Of a stretch of DNA of 64,000 nt, positions 46,360 through 63,030 are shown one piece after another. The notes beneath the pieces are model-generated. The model saw only the letters and a program-made list of their open reading frames with translations. It made no database searches and was not told where the DNA came from. The DNA lies in the NCBI RefSeq assembly GCF_009914755.1, contig NC_060933.1. One strand, given 5' to 3'. Position numbers and translations under genes: made by a program. Position 1 is the stretch's first letter; each line of letters begins with the position of its first letter. This DNA comes from the human T2T-CHM13v2.0 reference genome, Homo sapiens.

Positions 46360-47167
46360 CTCCAGTTGGGGGCACTCCTTTCCTCGTGTAGTTTCTGGGC
46401 CACACTGTGTGATCTCTTCCTGTGGCCTCCCCAGCATGGTGGCTTCAGGGTAGCTGGTCTGGTTATATGGCAGCTTGGGGCTGCAGGAGCAAGTGCGTCT
46501 CACTGCCAGTGCATCCCAGGTGGGCAGGGGGCACTGCCCATCACAGGTCCTTAGGGGCTGGCAAGAAGCTGCAAAGCCTTCTGAACACTTAACCTCAGAA
46601 TTCCCAGAACATCACTTCTGCCACTTTCTATTGCTCCAGCAGTTTACTAATTTCAGCCTAGATTCAAGAGGAGGGTAATTAGACTCCATCTCTCTATGAA
46701 TTCAAGTGCGTAGTTAAGATGATTAAAGCCTTGGAAAATATCTTCTAAAAATTAAAACATATGGAATTAAGTACAGTTGAGATAGATTTCCTACGCTTAA
46801 AAATAACACTCCAATTATTCCCATTTTTCATGAAGCCAGTCACTGCTGTAGTATTGCACTCTCTTGTCCCACTTAAAGTAGGTATAACCGTGTGACTTGC
46901 TTAGCCCAAAGGTGAGTTAAGTGACATGTGTCATTTCTAGGCAGAAGCTTTAATGGTAAATGCATGATTCACCGTGCACCTTACTGTGGAAATGTGTGCA
47001 GTTTGGAACCTCCAACCTGGGCCCCTGAGGGACTACCATGGGTCAAACCCCCACCAACAGGTGATGTCTACGTAGCGTGAGTAAAAAACAACCTAGTGTT
47101 ATTGAAGCCACTGAGTTTCAGGATCATTGTTAGTGCAGCATAACCTAGACTTACCCTGACTGATACA
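46360..47167. mobile_element. Two MLT1 LTR fragments (about 46360-46700 and 46865-47167)
   Basis: cagcatggtggcttcagggtag..catcacttctgccac..gattcaagaggaggg; aagccactgag..gcagcataacctag..ctgactgataca. Confidence 0.65.
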
Positions 47168-47275
47168 GTTATTCTTTAAAAATGAACCTTTCAAAAACAC
47201 CCATCTTCTCTAAGCTTTTATGGTATTTATGAAAACATCTCACACTCCCAATGCAGCCTATGTTTTCTTAACTAG

Positions 47276-47635
<360 letters not shown>

Positions 47636-47800
47636 GTTTTTTCTTTTTAATCTTGAATTAAAAAGGTCATAACTCACTCCCCTAAATCCAAGAGAGAAGA
47701 GCTTTCTTCTGTTTCTCTTGCAGTATGCCAATGAATTGAACACAGTTACCATGTATAAGACATTTTTGTTGCAAGTAAATGAGATCTATCCCATCTATGG

Positions 47801-47985
47801 TTTTTTTTTTAAAGTTTATTATTTATTTTAAACACAGGGTCTCACTGTGTTGCCCAGACTGGAGTGCAGTGGAGCAATCATAGCTCAGGGCACCTCCTGG
47901 GCTCATGTGATCCTCCCACCTCAGTCTCCTGAAAAGCTAGAACTACATGTGCATGTCACCATACCCTGCTTGGTTTTATTTTTAG
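47801..47985 (-). mobile_element. Alu monomer / AluJ fragment
   Basis: acagggtctcactgtgttgcccagactggagtgcagtgg..tgatcctcccacctcag. Confidence 0.8.
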
Positions 47986-48292
47986 TTTGGGAACTGAGAG
48001 ATACAAGTTGCTACAGAGAAGGAAAATCCACATCTTGCCCTTCCAACTCTCTAACCCCTATTCCAATTGCTCTGTGTGTGCCTCGAGCTCTCCTCTCCTC
48101 TGAGGAGAGGAAGTGTATTGCTAGGTAACCTGGACCAGGACAGGCCTGGAGTCCATTTCTACGGTATGAGTCCTTTTGCTGTGTGGTCATAGGTTCATTC
48201 ATTTGAAACTTTTATGGTTCCCTGAATGTTTTCTCCTTAAAGAAACATCTATAATGCTTGTTTCCAGTTGTATCTCCCATTAGAATGTAAGC

Positions 48293-48671
48293 TGATACGG
48301 TTTGGCTGTGTCCCCACCCAAATCTCATCTTGAATTGTAATCCCCATAATCCCCTCGTGTCTAGGGAGAGACTTGGTGGGAGGTGATTGGATCATGGGGG
48401 AGGTTTCCCCCATGCTGTTCTCATAATAGTGAGTGAGTTCTCACGAGATCTCATGGTTTTATAAGGGGCTCTTCCAACTTTGTTCTTCACTCTTCCCTCT
48501 CCTGCCACCATGTGAAGAAGGTCTTTGCTTCCCCTTTGCCTTCCGCCATGATTGTCAGTTTCCTGAGGCCTCCCCAGCAATGTGGAACTGTGAGTCAATT
48601 AAACCTCTTTCTTTTATAAATTACCCAGTCTCAGGTATTTCTTTCTAGCAATGTGAGAACGAACTGATACA
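48293..48671 (+). mobile_element. Solo THE1D/MSTA-type MaLR LTR inserted in an L2 3' end
   Basis: tgatacggtttggctgtgtccccacccaaatctc..gaactgataca; perfect 5-bp TSD taagc. Confidence 0.92.
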
Positions 48672-50276
48672 TAAGCTCTGTGAGGGCAGGGACAGTTTTT
48701 GACTAGCCCAGCACTGTACACATAGCACTTAGCACAGTGCCTGACCCAGATTGTTTATGCACTCTATTATTGTTAAATGGTGACAGAAGCTGCCATCTTT
48801 GTAGCATGAAGGTCTTGTGAAACCTGGTAGAGCTGCAGGAGGTCACAAAGAAGCCATGAAACTAAGGACTGAGAATTATTAAGGGTTAATATTTTTATTA
48901 AATATTTAAAATGCATTTATTGTAGAGCAGTCTTTAAAAGTGATTTCACTACCACATTTTTATTGTTTGCTGCATGTAAATTTATAAGGTTTCTATAGCA
49001 TATAAAAACAGATATAAACATTTTCTTATTTTGACCTTATATTTGTTATTTATTTCCTAAGAAAAATTGAGAAAGAAGAACCGACTATACTCTTCCTAGG
49101 CTCTACACTATATATGAACTCTATACATGAACGAAGACAGTGTGGTCCTTGGGCTATAGGGCCCCCGCCTCTGTCCTTCCCATACCTTGAGAAGCTTCTG
49201 AGGGCCATAGCAACCTATCAGTAAATAAGTTGCTTTGTAATATGCCATCTGCCCATCCTATTCACTCCACTGTGACTGCCATCCATATGATCCCTGAGGG
49301 GTTAGGAGCTGTGATGGATGTCTGTGTCTTGTCTGTTCACCTTTCTCCCCACTTCATCAAAGAAGAGCTTCTTCCACCTCTCCAGCCTTAGGTTTCAAAT
49401 GCAGCTTTCAAGTTCTTCCTCAAGCTCCTTTCTTGGGCTAGACCCTGTTGACTAAGGAAGTGCCCTGACCAGCCTTCAGTCAGCCCTAGGGTGCCTCCCA
49501 CATTCATCCGGCTATGGTTGATTGCTTCCAGTTAGGCACCTGACCTAATCCTGATCCATTATGTCCTTCCCTGGGATTTGTTAAAGTGTAACCAGAGAAA
49601 AAGATTTGATCACCCTCTGATGTGATGCTGAGAGATAAGAGGTATATAGGAGCCTGGAAACCTCTTAGTCACCATGTGGACAAAGCCAGCCTGAGCAAGG
49701 TAAGTGAAAATGCAAAAAGCAGCAGGTGGAGGGAAAACCTTGGCAGGGCTGAGCTCTGTGTTCCAGTTCCTTGAGGTCCAGCTGCTTGTGTCCCCACCCT
49801 GTTCCACTGGCTTCCATTTCTTTTTGTTCCTGCTTTCACGTTATTTCGTTGGAGGTTTATAAGTCAACTGAAATCCTTTTTACTACAAGAGAAGTATGAG
49901 TACATACGTAGGCACATCAGTGTGTTTTGTACCAAATACCAATCAATATTCTTTGAGGTCTTCAGTACTGTGAAAAAGGGGATTTATATTAGGGCTGGAA
50001 AAGGTTTGCTGGGACTTAAGAAAGAATTTTGTGTCCTCCCACACATTAACTCACAAGGAGCTTTCAGAATACCATGTCCCAAAGGGCTCATGACACCTCT
50101 GTGGACTGCACTGTATGACTGGCCTCTCCATTCCTGAGATGAGATCATTCACACACTTTCTGACCAAATCCATGTGCCAGGGGTACAAAAAGGAAGACAC
50201 AGTCCTGCCCTCAAGGAACTTCTGGTCTAACATCTGAAACAGATACATAAATAGATTGTTACAATAACGTTTGGTT

Positions 50277-51176
50277 GAGGGAGCCAAGATGGCCGAATAG
50301 GAACAGCTCCCGTCTACAGCTCCCAGCGTGAGCGACGCATAAGACGGGTGACTTCTGCATTTCCATCTGAGGTACCGGGTTCATCTCACTAGGGAGTGCC
50401 AGACAGTGGGCGCAGGCCAGTGTGTGTGCGCACCGTGCTCGAGCCGAAGCAGGGCGAGGCATTGCCTCACCTGGGAAGCGCAAGGGGTCAGGGAGTTCCC
50501 TTTCCGAGTCAAAGAAAGGGGTGATGGACGCACCTGGAAAATCGGGTCACTCCCACCCGAATATTGCGCTTTTCAGACCGGCTTAAGAAACGGCGCACCA
50601 CGAGACTATATCCCACACCTGGCTCAGAGGGTCCTACGCCCACGGAATCGCGCTGATTGCTAGCACAGCAGTCTGAGATCAAACTGCAAGGCGGCAACGA
50701 GGCTGGGGGAGGGGCGCCCGCCATTGCCCAGGCTTGCTTAGGTAAACAAAGCAGCCGGGAAGCTCGAACTGGGTGGAGCCCACCACAGCTCAAGGAGGCC
50801 TGCCTGCCTCTGTAGGCTCCACCTCTGGGGGCAGGGCACAGACAACCAAAAAGACAGCAGTAACCTCTGCAGACTTAAGTGTCCCTGTCTGACAGCTTTG
50901 AAGAGAGCAGTGGTTCTCCCAGCACGCAGCTGGAGATCTGAGAACGGGCAGACTGCCTCAAGTGGGTCCCTGACCCCTGACCCCCGAGCAGCCTAACTGG
51001 GAGGCACCCCCCAGCAGGGGCACACTGACACCTCACACGGCAGGGTATTCCAACAGACCTGCAGCTGAGGGTCCTGTCTGTTAGAAGGAAAACTAACAAC
51101 CAGAAAGGACATCTACACCGAAAACCCATCTGTACATCACCATCATCAAAGACCAAAAGTAGATAAAACCACAAAG
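50277..51176 (+). promoter_or_regulatory. L1 5'UTR internal sense/antisense promoter, CpG-rich
   Basis: YY1 site caagatggccg 50285-50295; RUNX-site region tgcatttccatctgaggta; SOX core aacaaa 50745-50750. Confidence 0.9.
50509..50724 (-). CDS. ORF0: L1 ORF0 (71 aa, antisense)
   Basis: MAGAPPPASLPPCSLISDCC..RFSRCVHHPFL within ORF 50509-50793; ATG at 50724. Confidence 0.88.
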   Translation of the reverse strand: MAGAPPPASLPPCSLISDCCASNQRDSVGVGPSEPGVGYSLVVRRFLSRSEKRNIRVGVTRFSRCVHHPFL

Positions 51177-52193
51177 ATGGGGAAAAAACAGAACAGAAAA
51201 ACTGGAAACTCTAAAACGCAGAGCGCCTCTCCTCCTCCAAAGGAACGCAGTTCCTCACCAGCAACAGAACAAAGCTGGATGGAGAATGATTTTGACGAGC
51301 TGAGAGAAGAAGGCTTCAGACGATCAAATTACTCTGAGCTACGGGAGGACATTCAAACCAAAGGCAAAGAAGTTGAAAACTTTGAAAAAAATTTAGAAGA
51401 ATGTATAACTAGAATAACCAATACAGAGAAGTGCTTAAAGGAGCTGATGGAGCTGAAAACCAAGGCTGGAGAACTACGTGAAGAATGCAGAAGCCTCAGG
51501 AGCCGATGCGATCAACTGGAAGAAAGGGTATCAGCAATGGAAGATGAAATGAATGAAATGAAGCGAGAAGGGAAGTTTAGAGAAAAAAGAATAAAAAGAA
51601 ATGAGCAAAGCCTCCAAGAAATATGGGACTATGTGAAAAGACCAAATCTACGTCTGATTGGTGTACCTGAAAGTGATGTGGAGAATGGAACCAAGTTGGA
51701 AAACACTCTGCAGGATATTATCCAGGAGAACTTCCCCAATCTAGCAAGGCAGGCCAACGTTCAGATTCAGGAAATACAGAGAACGCCACAAAGATACTCC
51801 TCGAGAAGAGCAACTCCAAGACACATAATTGTCAGATTCACCAAAGTTGAAATGAAGGAAAAAATGTTAAGGGCAGCCAGAGAGAAAGGTCGGGTTACCC
51901 TCAAAGGAAAGCCCATCAGACTAACAGCGGATCTCTCGGCAGAAACCCTACAAGCCAGAAGAGAGTGGGGGCCAATATTCAACATTCTTAAAGAAAAGAA
52001 TTTTCAACCCAGAATTTCATATCCAGCCAAACTAAGCTTCATAAGTGAAGGAGAAATAAAATACTTTATAGACAAGCAAATGCTGAGAGATTTTGTCACC
52101 ACCAGGCCTGCCCTACAAGAGCTCCTGAAGGAAGCGCTAAACATGGAAAGGAACAACCGGTACCAGCCGCTGCAAAATCATGCCAAAATGTAA
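51177..52193 (+). CDS. ORF1: LINE-1 ORF1p RNA-binding chaperone, 338 aa
   Basis: Intact; coiled coil, REKG 235-238, ARR 260-262, YPAKLS 282-287. Confidence 0.98.
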   Translation: MGKKQNRKTGNSKTQSASPPPKERSSSPATEQSWMENDFDELREEGFRRSNYSELREDIQTKGKEVENFEKNLEECITRITNTEKCLKELMELKTKAGELREECRSLRSRCDQLEERVSAMEDEMNEMKREGKFREKRIKRNEQSLQEIWDYVKRPNLRLIGVPESDVENGTKLENTLQDIIQENFPNLARQANVQIQEIQRTPQRYSSRRATPRHIIVRFTKVEMKEKMLRAAREKGRVTLKGKPIRLTADLSAETLQARREWGPIFNILKEKNFQPRISYPAKLSFISEGEIKYFIDKQMLRDFVTTRPALQELLKEALNMERNNRYQPLQNHAKM

Positions 52194-52232
52194 AGACCAT
52201 CGAGACTAGGAAGAAACTGCATCAACTAATGA

Positions 52233-56084
<3,852 letters not shown>

Positions 56085-56444
56085 ACAATGAGATCACATG
56101 GACACAGGAAGGGGAATATCACACTCTGGGGACGGTGGGTCGGGGGAGGGGGGAGGGATAGCATTGGGAGATATACCTAATGCTAGATGACACATTAGTG
56201 GGTGCAGCGCACCAGCATGGCACATGTATACATATGTAACTAACCTGCACAATGTGCACATGTACCCTAAAACTTAGAGTATAATAAAAAAAAATAAAAT
56301 AAAAAAAAATAAAGTTTGGTTTGTAGGATGACAGAGATATGCAAAGACTTGTGGATCACCGGGGACGCTCAGAGAATCACCTGCGTGGCGAGTGGAGACA
56401 GCTTCAGCTTGGGTTCTCAGCTCATAGGGACACTGATTTATACA

Positions 56445-56558
56445 CTGTTCTTGTGAGTCATCATTAAGTTTGGGGGGAGTCAAAAGTTATTCACCGATTT
56501 TCAGCTTTGTGGGGAGTTGGCATCCCTAACCACTACATTGTTCAAGGGTCATTTGTGT
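56445..56558. mobile_element. Tigger4/MER46-like terminal fragment
   Basis: gattttcagc..ggggagttggcatccctaaccactacattgttcaagggtca. Confidence 0.6.
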
Positions 56559-56565
56559 ATATATA

Positions 56566-56570
56566 TGTGT

Positions 56571-56607
<37 letters not shown>
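56566..56607. repeat. (TG)n microsatellite
   Basis: Directly visible, one interruption. Confidence 0.95.
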
Positions 56608-56610
<3 letters not shown>

Positions 56611-57156
56611 CTTTTGTCACAGAACAAGTCATAGCATTTTTTTATGTTCTTAGAAACACTTCACAAATGTCATTTTTGATTGCTGCGTGAGGAGCATCCT
56701 GTGATGAGGTCAACTTTACTCACCAACCCTCCATCCGGGGCCTCTGCCTCGCTTCCAGTTTCTTCCACCGTTATAAATCCCATGCCTACTTTTCACTGCT
56801 CACAGGTTGCCAACCCGTTAGCTCACTGATATGTGGAAGGAATGCAGGGAAGTTTACAATCCAAGTACCAGACCCATGTTCAGATTATGAATTTGCCCAA
56901 GAAAATCAGGGAATCAATGGTTTTGAAACTCCAATTATCTGTATGGTGTATGTTTCTAGCATCCAGAAGACAAAACCTTCTGGGTACTAGAACAAAGAAC
57001 CAAGTGAACGAATTGGAGAGAAATTTAATTTGCTCTGAAAGCGAATTCAGTAATCATGTGGAAGCTGACCTACGGAACATCCCACGGGAAGGTTTATAAA
57101 ACAGAGACAAAGATGACGCGAGAGCTTTTTTACAAAAGACCTTATTTCTCTGTCTC

Positions 57157-57460
<304 letters not shown>

Positions 57461-57921
57461 ACAGAAGACCTTATTTCAAACAGGCTTTCTCCGCTTCCGC
57501 ACAGGTGGCTGAGACCAGGCAATGCTTTGCTTAGACATTGCAGCTACTGTTGTGGAGTGCTGGAGCCCGGCGCTGGGCAGCTCCTCCAAGCTCCTAAGGG
57601 GCTATTACTATGTCTGTTTTACAGATAAGAAGAAGGAGGCTTAAGGAGATTAAGCCTCACGCCCAGAAGGTAACACATGGCTTTAGGGAACAGGGCTGGG
57701 CCTGTGTCTAATTCGAAGTGTGTGCTGCTAGCCCTTCCCGACTCCAGGTCCCCTGAATTCATGCTGGCAACTTGAGGGTGACCACAGCAGAGGGAGCTGC
57801 ACCATGGAGGCAAATGCTGCAAATCAGGGCTTTTGTTGCTACTGTTGTTGAGAGCTGGTTGTTCACCACTGCACTATTCTGCCATCCTCCCAATCTGGTG
57901 TCTTTGTCAAATATATACAGA

Positions 57922-58219
57922 TTTTTTTCTTTGAGACACAGTCTCCCTCTGTCATCCAGATTGGAGTGCAGTGGTGTCATCATGGCTCTCTGCAGCCTTG
58001 AACTCCTGGGCTCAGGAGATCATCAGCCTTCCAAATAGCAAGGACTGCAAGTGTGCACTACCATGCCCAGCTCATTTTTTAAACTTTTTGTAGAGAGGGT
58101 TTTCGCCATGTTGCCCAGGCTGGTCTCGAACTCCTGGGCTCAAGTCTCCCAAAGTCTCCCAAGTCTCTCCAGTCTCCCAAAGTACTGGGATTACCGGCAT
58201 GAGCCACCACACTTGGCCC
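57922..58219 (-). mobile_element. AluJ containing an internal (AAGTCTCCC)-type repeat
   Basis: Reverse AluJ; repeat at 58141-58183. Confidence 0.9.
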
Positions 58220-58404
58220 AGATTTTTTTTTTTAATGGGGAAAACAATAAGACATATAGAAAGAGAGACTTTGTCCAATGACAAGACATCCATCTGTTGC
58301 ATCACATCAAACAATTGATAAATTCAATTCCAAACCCTTATACTACTTCTCTGATTGAATTCAGGGTTCTCCATGTGTGGTCTCCAGGCCAATGTCATTG
58401 ACGT

Positions 58405-58774
58405 CACCATCATCGCCATCACCATCATTACCACTTAGCGTTATAATCATTACCACCACCACCATCACCACCCACCACCACCACCATCACTACTACTATC
58501 ACCCCCACCAACACCAACACCACCATCACCATCACCACCACCACTACAATCACCATCACCACCACCACCACCACCACCATTGCCACCACCACCACCATCA
58601 CCACCACCACCACCACTACCATCACCACCACCGCCACTGCCACCACCATCACTACTATAACCACCACCACCATTCCATCACCACCATCATGACCACCAGC
58701 ACCACTGTCACCATCATCACAACCATCACCATTACCAGCATCACCATCACCATTATCATCATCATCACCGTCAC
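58405..58774. repeat. Compound (CAC/CAT)n trinucleotide repeat, about 370 bp
   Basis: Directly visible caccaccat arrays. Confidence 0.97.
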
Positions 58775-60641
58775 CTGGGAACTTGCTAGAACTGAAAGTT
58801 TTTGGATCCCACCCAGACATCTTTTTCTGTTTAGATGCTTCCCTAAAGTTTGAGAATCCCATATGTAGGCTAACTGTGCATTCTCCGCTTAATCATTTCT
58901 TTATCTTATTTCTGTCAAAATAGGTGCTTTTTTTGAAAAAAGCACTTTGATTCAGAGAAATTCAGATGATATGGAATATGTAAAAAAAAATTTTCTTCTG
59001 ATTTTTCTTCAAAGATGATTTTGTTTTTCTTAAAGATTAAAACCCAAGATGCCAAAGCAATTTTAGAGCTGCTTGTGTTTATAAATGATTGATTTTAAAA
59101 TTTACATACAGCATAAAGTCAATTGATGAAAGAGTGGTAAGTTAATTGATTAGTTGTTTGGTGTCCACCATGCTGAACTCTGATTTTGGTCAACATAGGG
59201 CTGAACTGAAGAGTCAAAGAGAGCTTAAAGGGACAGAACATTCAGAATCTTCAGATAGATATGCTAATACATGTGGAAATCCTTGTTAATGATAAAGCAG
59301 TTGAAATTCAACCACTTAGTCAGTAGCCATCTATTTTATGTGCTAGAAGTTGCTCTAAGCACTGAGGATCCAAAGTCAGCAAGTCATATCCTTAGGTTTC
59401 AGAGCTCAAGGCTACGTGGCCTGGGTAGTCATGTTAACATATGAGTTCCATAGTTGCAATATGGATAGAAACCTCTGGGAACAGAGGAGGAGATGACAAA
59501 CTCTGCCTGTGTGAGCCGTGTTGGGGATGTGTTTTATTATTAAAGTATCACCAGAATCTGCTTCAGTCTCCTCCATCTTTACATATTTCTCCGTGGATTG
59601 CAAATACCTGTCATCAGCTACTAATAAGGTTGATAGCCCGCACACTGCTTTATTCCACTCTTGGAAACAGTGAAATATACCCAGCAGTACCCCTATTAAA
59701 ACAGAGACTTCCCATGCAAGATACTGGAAGCAGAACTGGAACCGCTGATGTTTTTCTTGGAAAGAGGCCTTATTTGGATGGCAGAGTGGGAGGAGGTGGA
59801 ATTTCAGAAGACACATTTTCCAAAGCTAATGTGTATGGCCAGAAAGTGGAGACTGTGTTTGCTTTGTCTTCACATTGTCATTTTGGGGTGGCAGACCCTC
59901 TCCCCATCAGTGAACAGAAAGCACATGTTCTCTCCACGCAGTGCCTTACTGCCTTGCTTTTCTCATTCAACCAGAAAGGCCTCTGATGAAAGGCCCAAGC
60001 TGGCAGCAAAATCTAGTGATAGAAGTAATCAATCTAAGGAATACCTGAACAGTATTCCCATGGTTAGTCAAAATACACATGCGCACACAACATACAGACA
60101 ATTATGTCATTTACATCGTCTGCACTGGTGGCTTCATTTGAGAAAGAAGGTAAGGAAAATAGCTCCTCTCAGGTTCCATTCGTGGAAAGAAAAATCTTCT
60201 ACTTCATCTACAGCAGAAAATGCTCTTCTCCTTAAGAGTGTACCATGGATGCATCAAATATTCATGAGGCATTCCCAGCAGAGACCAGAAAAGTGATAAA
60301 GCAAGAATGGAAATCGAGCTTATGCTGAGTTTATATAATTATTTCTAAAATACTTTGCAAAGTTTATAACAATAGAGATTTCAGCTCATGAATTCTGCAG
60401 AATCATGGAAATGTCATATGCAAATTACAGCACAAAGAAGAATGTGTTTATGAAAAATGGTATCAACACCATTAGCAAAGTATCTCTGCACCTAGGCAGT
60501 CCCAAGGGCCTCTGGAAAGATCCACTCCCTGGGTTATTCTGTCACAATAGCCTACTGAACACACAAATCAGGACTTTCCTACTGCTGCAGTTACTCTCCA
60601 GAAATAGCACCATAATGGAATCATAAGAGAAGGTTCTTCAT

Positions 60642-60685
60642 CACACACACACACACACACACACACACGCGTGCACACACACACA
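60642..60685. repeat. (CA)n microsatellite
   Basis: Directly visible, with cgcgtg interruption. Confidence 0.95.
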
Positions 60686-61679
60686 TGCTTGTCCTTTTCC
60701 AACAGTAGATTCCTGGCGATGAAGGAAGTGGCAGAAAGAGTAGATGCCCTTTCACATGTTTGCCACACTGAGCTTGCAACTTCTAAATATGAAAATTTGA
60801 ACCAGCAATTACAGAGAAAAAACTAGATGGAAAGTTCCACACTATTCCTTTTACAGAATTTCTTAGTTTTTCCCCCGCTGGCCTCCTAAAGCTGAGAATT
60901 ACTCTTCCAAATCTGTCTAAGGTTGACCCTCCATGTGGGTGAACGTGTCCCAGTGAGTGGGCTCTGGGGAGATGTTTTCCCTCACCCGTGATTCCAAGCC
61001 ACTCACAGACACGAGGCCCTGGAAGCAGACATTCCTCAGGGTTGAGTTAGGATGAACATAGGTCCATAGCCAGCACCCATGGCATGCCGTTCCACTTGAC
61101 CATTCTTGCTGAGGGAGCTTGCATTTGTCCAGAAGTCTGCCTAGTGACCACCCAACTTTATTTTTCTATTTTTTTCACTAAATAGTTGCAAGCTATTTAT
61201 AACAAATTCCTCTTGCTTGATGTTTGCATGAAAGCATAAGAACAAACAAAACAAGGCTCTCCATGGGCATGTTTCAGATTACCAAGTCATTTAGGGAGCT
61301 ACAAAAGATGCAAAATATGCAAAGCAGCCCCCTGCTCTTGGGGTGGAAAACACTATTATTAGATCTTCCACATTGTCACGAATCTGATAACTGTGCCCGA
61401 AGGGAGCCATGGCCCCAGAGAAGCCGGCTGCTCCTACATGAAGTGTCCATGTCCCATGCACAGAGAATGTGCCGCCCCCAGTCACCACCGTGGCTTTCTG
61501 TGACACACTATTCTGGGACAATAGACAGCATTTTGAGCCTCCATTTGCACCAATTCCTTAAATGCGAGGTCCCCATTCAGGAGAATGCATCACTGAACCG
61601 CTTCAAGTTCCTGCTTGTTCCCGGAAACCAGGTGTCTCAGGCAAGAAATGGCTTCCCTTTATTGAATATCTCCTATGGG

Positions 61680-61860
61680 AGACCACATTTATCTCATTTA
61701 AATAACCCAACAACTTTGCAAGCTGGATAGGATCGTTCCCATTTTACAAGAGAGGAAAAGGGCTCCAATAGGCAGGAGCTAGCTGCTAGGGAGGAAGGGC
61801 AGGAACTAGGATTCTAACCCAAACCTGCCTGATTCCATAGTCTCTGCCCTCAGCCACTAA
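61680..61860 (-). mobile_element. MIR
   Basis: catttatctcatttaa..cccattttacaagagaggaaa..ggattctaacccaaacctgcctgattcca. Confidence 0.75.
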
Positions 61861-62229
61861 GAAGACCCACTCACCTTTATCACATTCATTTCGTATCTCT
61901 TGCTCCTGAGCTTGACACATGGCAAACTCAATAAATGTTTATTATTTAAGAGGCAGTTAAAAATTGGAAATGAGTAAGAAAGTTAAGTGGGATAGACTCA
62001 TGAGCCCAGATTTGACATATAAACCATCTTCAACAGAAAAATAACAGATGCTGGTGAATTTCCAGTGAATTTGTAAGTGCAGCGAAGCCTTCCAGATTAA
62101 GCTCTCTTAGTCTCCTGCTTGGGTTTAGATATTTTAAAATGCAATGTAAAGGGCTTAGTTCTACAGTCTTCTGAAAACTCAGAGTCAGATATCCAAGAGG
62201 CATCCTTCCACAGTGGGCATATATCAATA

Positions 62230-63030
62230 CAGATAAGATGCCACCCTCATCATGTCACCTGCTGTTATTGTCTATAAAGAACTTGTCACTACCTGAAATT
62301 ATCTTATTTGTTTATTCATTTCTTGTGTCACTCCCAAATGTCATCTGTCACTCTCTACCTAGTACCTAGCATAGTGCCAGGCACATTATCCTTCTATGGA
62401 TATTGATTGATATTGAACCCTGGGCCAAGTAGAAGACATGGTGTGTCCATGCTAGAGAAGGCACAATCTGACACAGAACAATCTGCTACATTTGGGCCAG
62501 GAACTCTAGCTTTTTCCTTGTCTCCTGGGAATGTCATTGTCATTCAAAGTGATCAAACCTGTATCAGTTTGGAAAGAATCGTAGCATCTTTTCTCTCCTT
62601 GGCCATTTTTATTGCCAAGGCAGATTACAGAAAGCAGAGCCCAGCAAGTCCCTCCCATCCTATCTTCCACTCTGCGTCTTCGGTTCCTTAGCCATGCCTA
62701 ATAAGTGAAAGAAGTCATGTTATAGAATGGAAAATCAACCCCTGTCCACTCTTACTTTTTTATCTCAACACATTTATTATGCACCAACTTTGTGCCCAGC
62801 ACTGTTCGGGGTGCTAGGAATACAGCACTCATCAATATCAATTTCCTGCTCTCAAAGTCTAACGTTCTCGTGACAGGAGACAGAAAATAAATAAAAAATA
62901 AAGTAAAATAGAACAGGAAGCAATGAGAAGAAAACATAAGCAGAGGAAGGGACTGAGAGGGTTACCGGGAGGGGTGAAGGGCCATATTTTATCTGAGGGG
63001 TCAGGAAAACACCTTGTGCAGCTTTTGCTC
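62230..63030. mobile_element. L2 3'-end fragments (about 62230-62390 and 62770-63030)
   Basis: acctagcatagtgccaggcaca; caacacatttattatgcacc..tgtgcccagcactgttc..tgctaggaatacagca. Confidence 0.65.

Noticed and set aside
56283-56450. 3' transduction on the L1HS
   Set aside because: The TSD follows the tail immediately, with no unique intervening sequence or second poly(A)
58377-58853. Poly-histidine ORF as a real gene
   Set aside because: The open frame follows from a stop-free CAC/CAT repeat; non-ATG start and no recognisable domain
59412-61730. ORFs of 134-182 aa in unique sequence
   Set aside because: No domain similarity, overlapping frames and no supportable splice structure; consistent with chance
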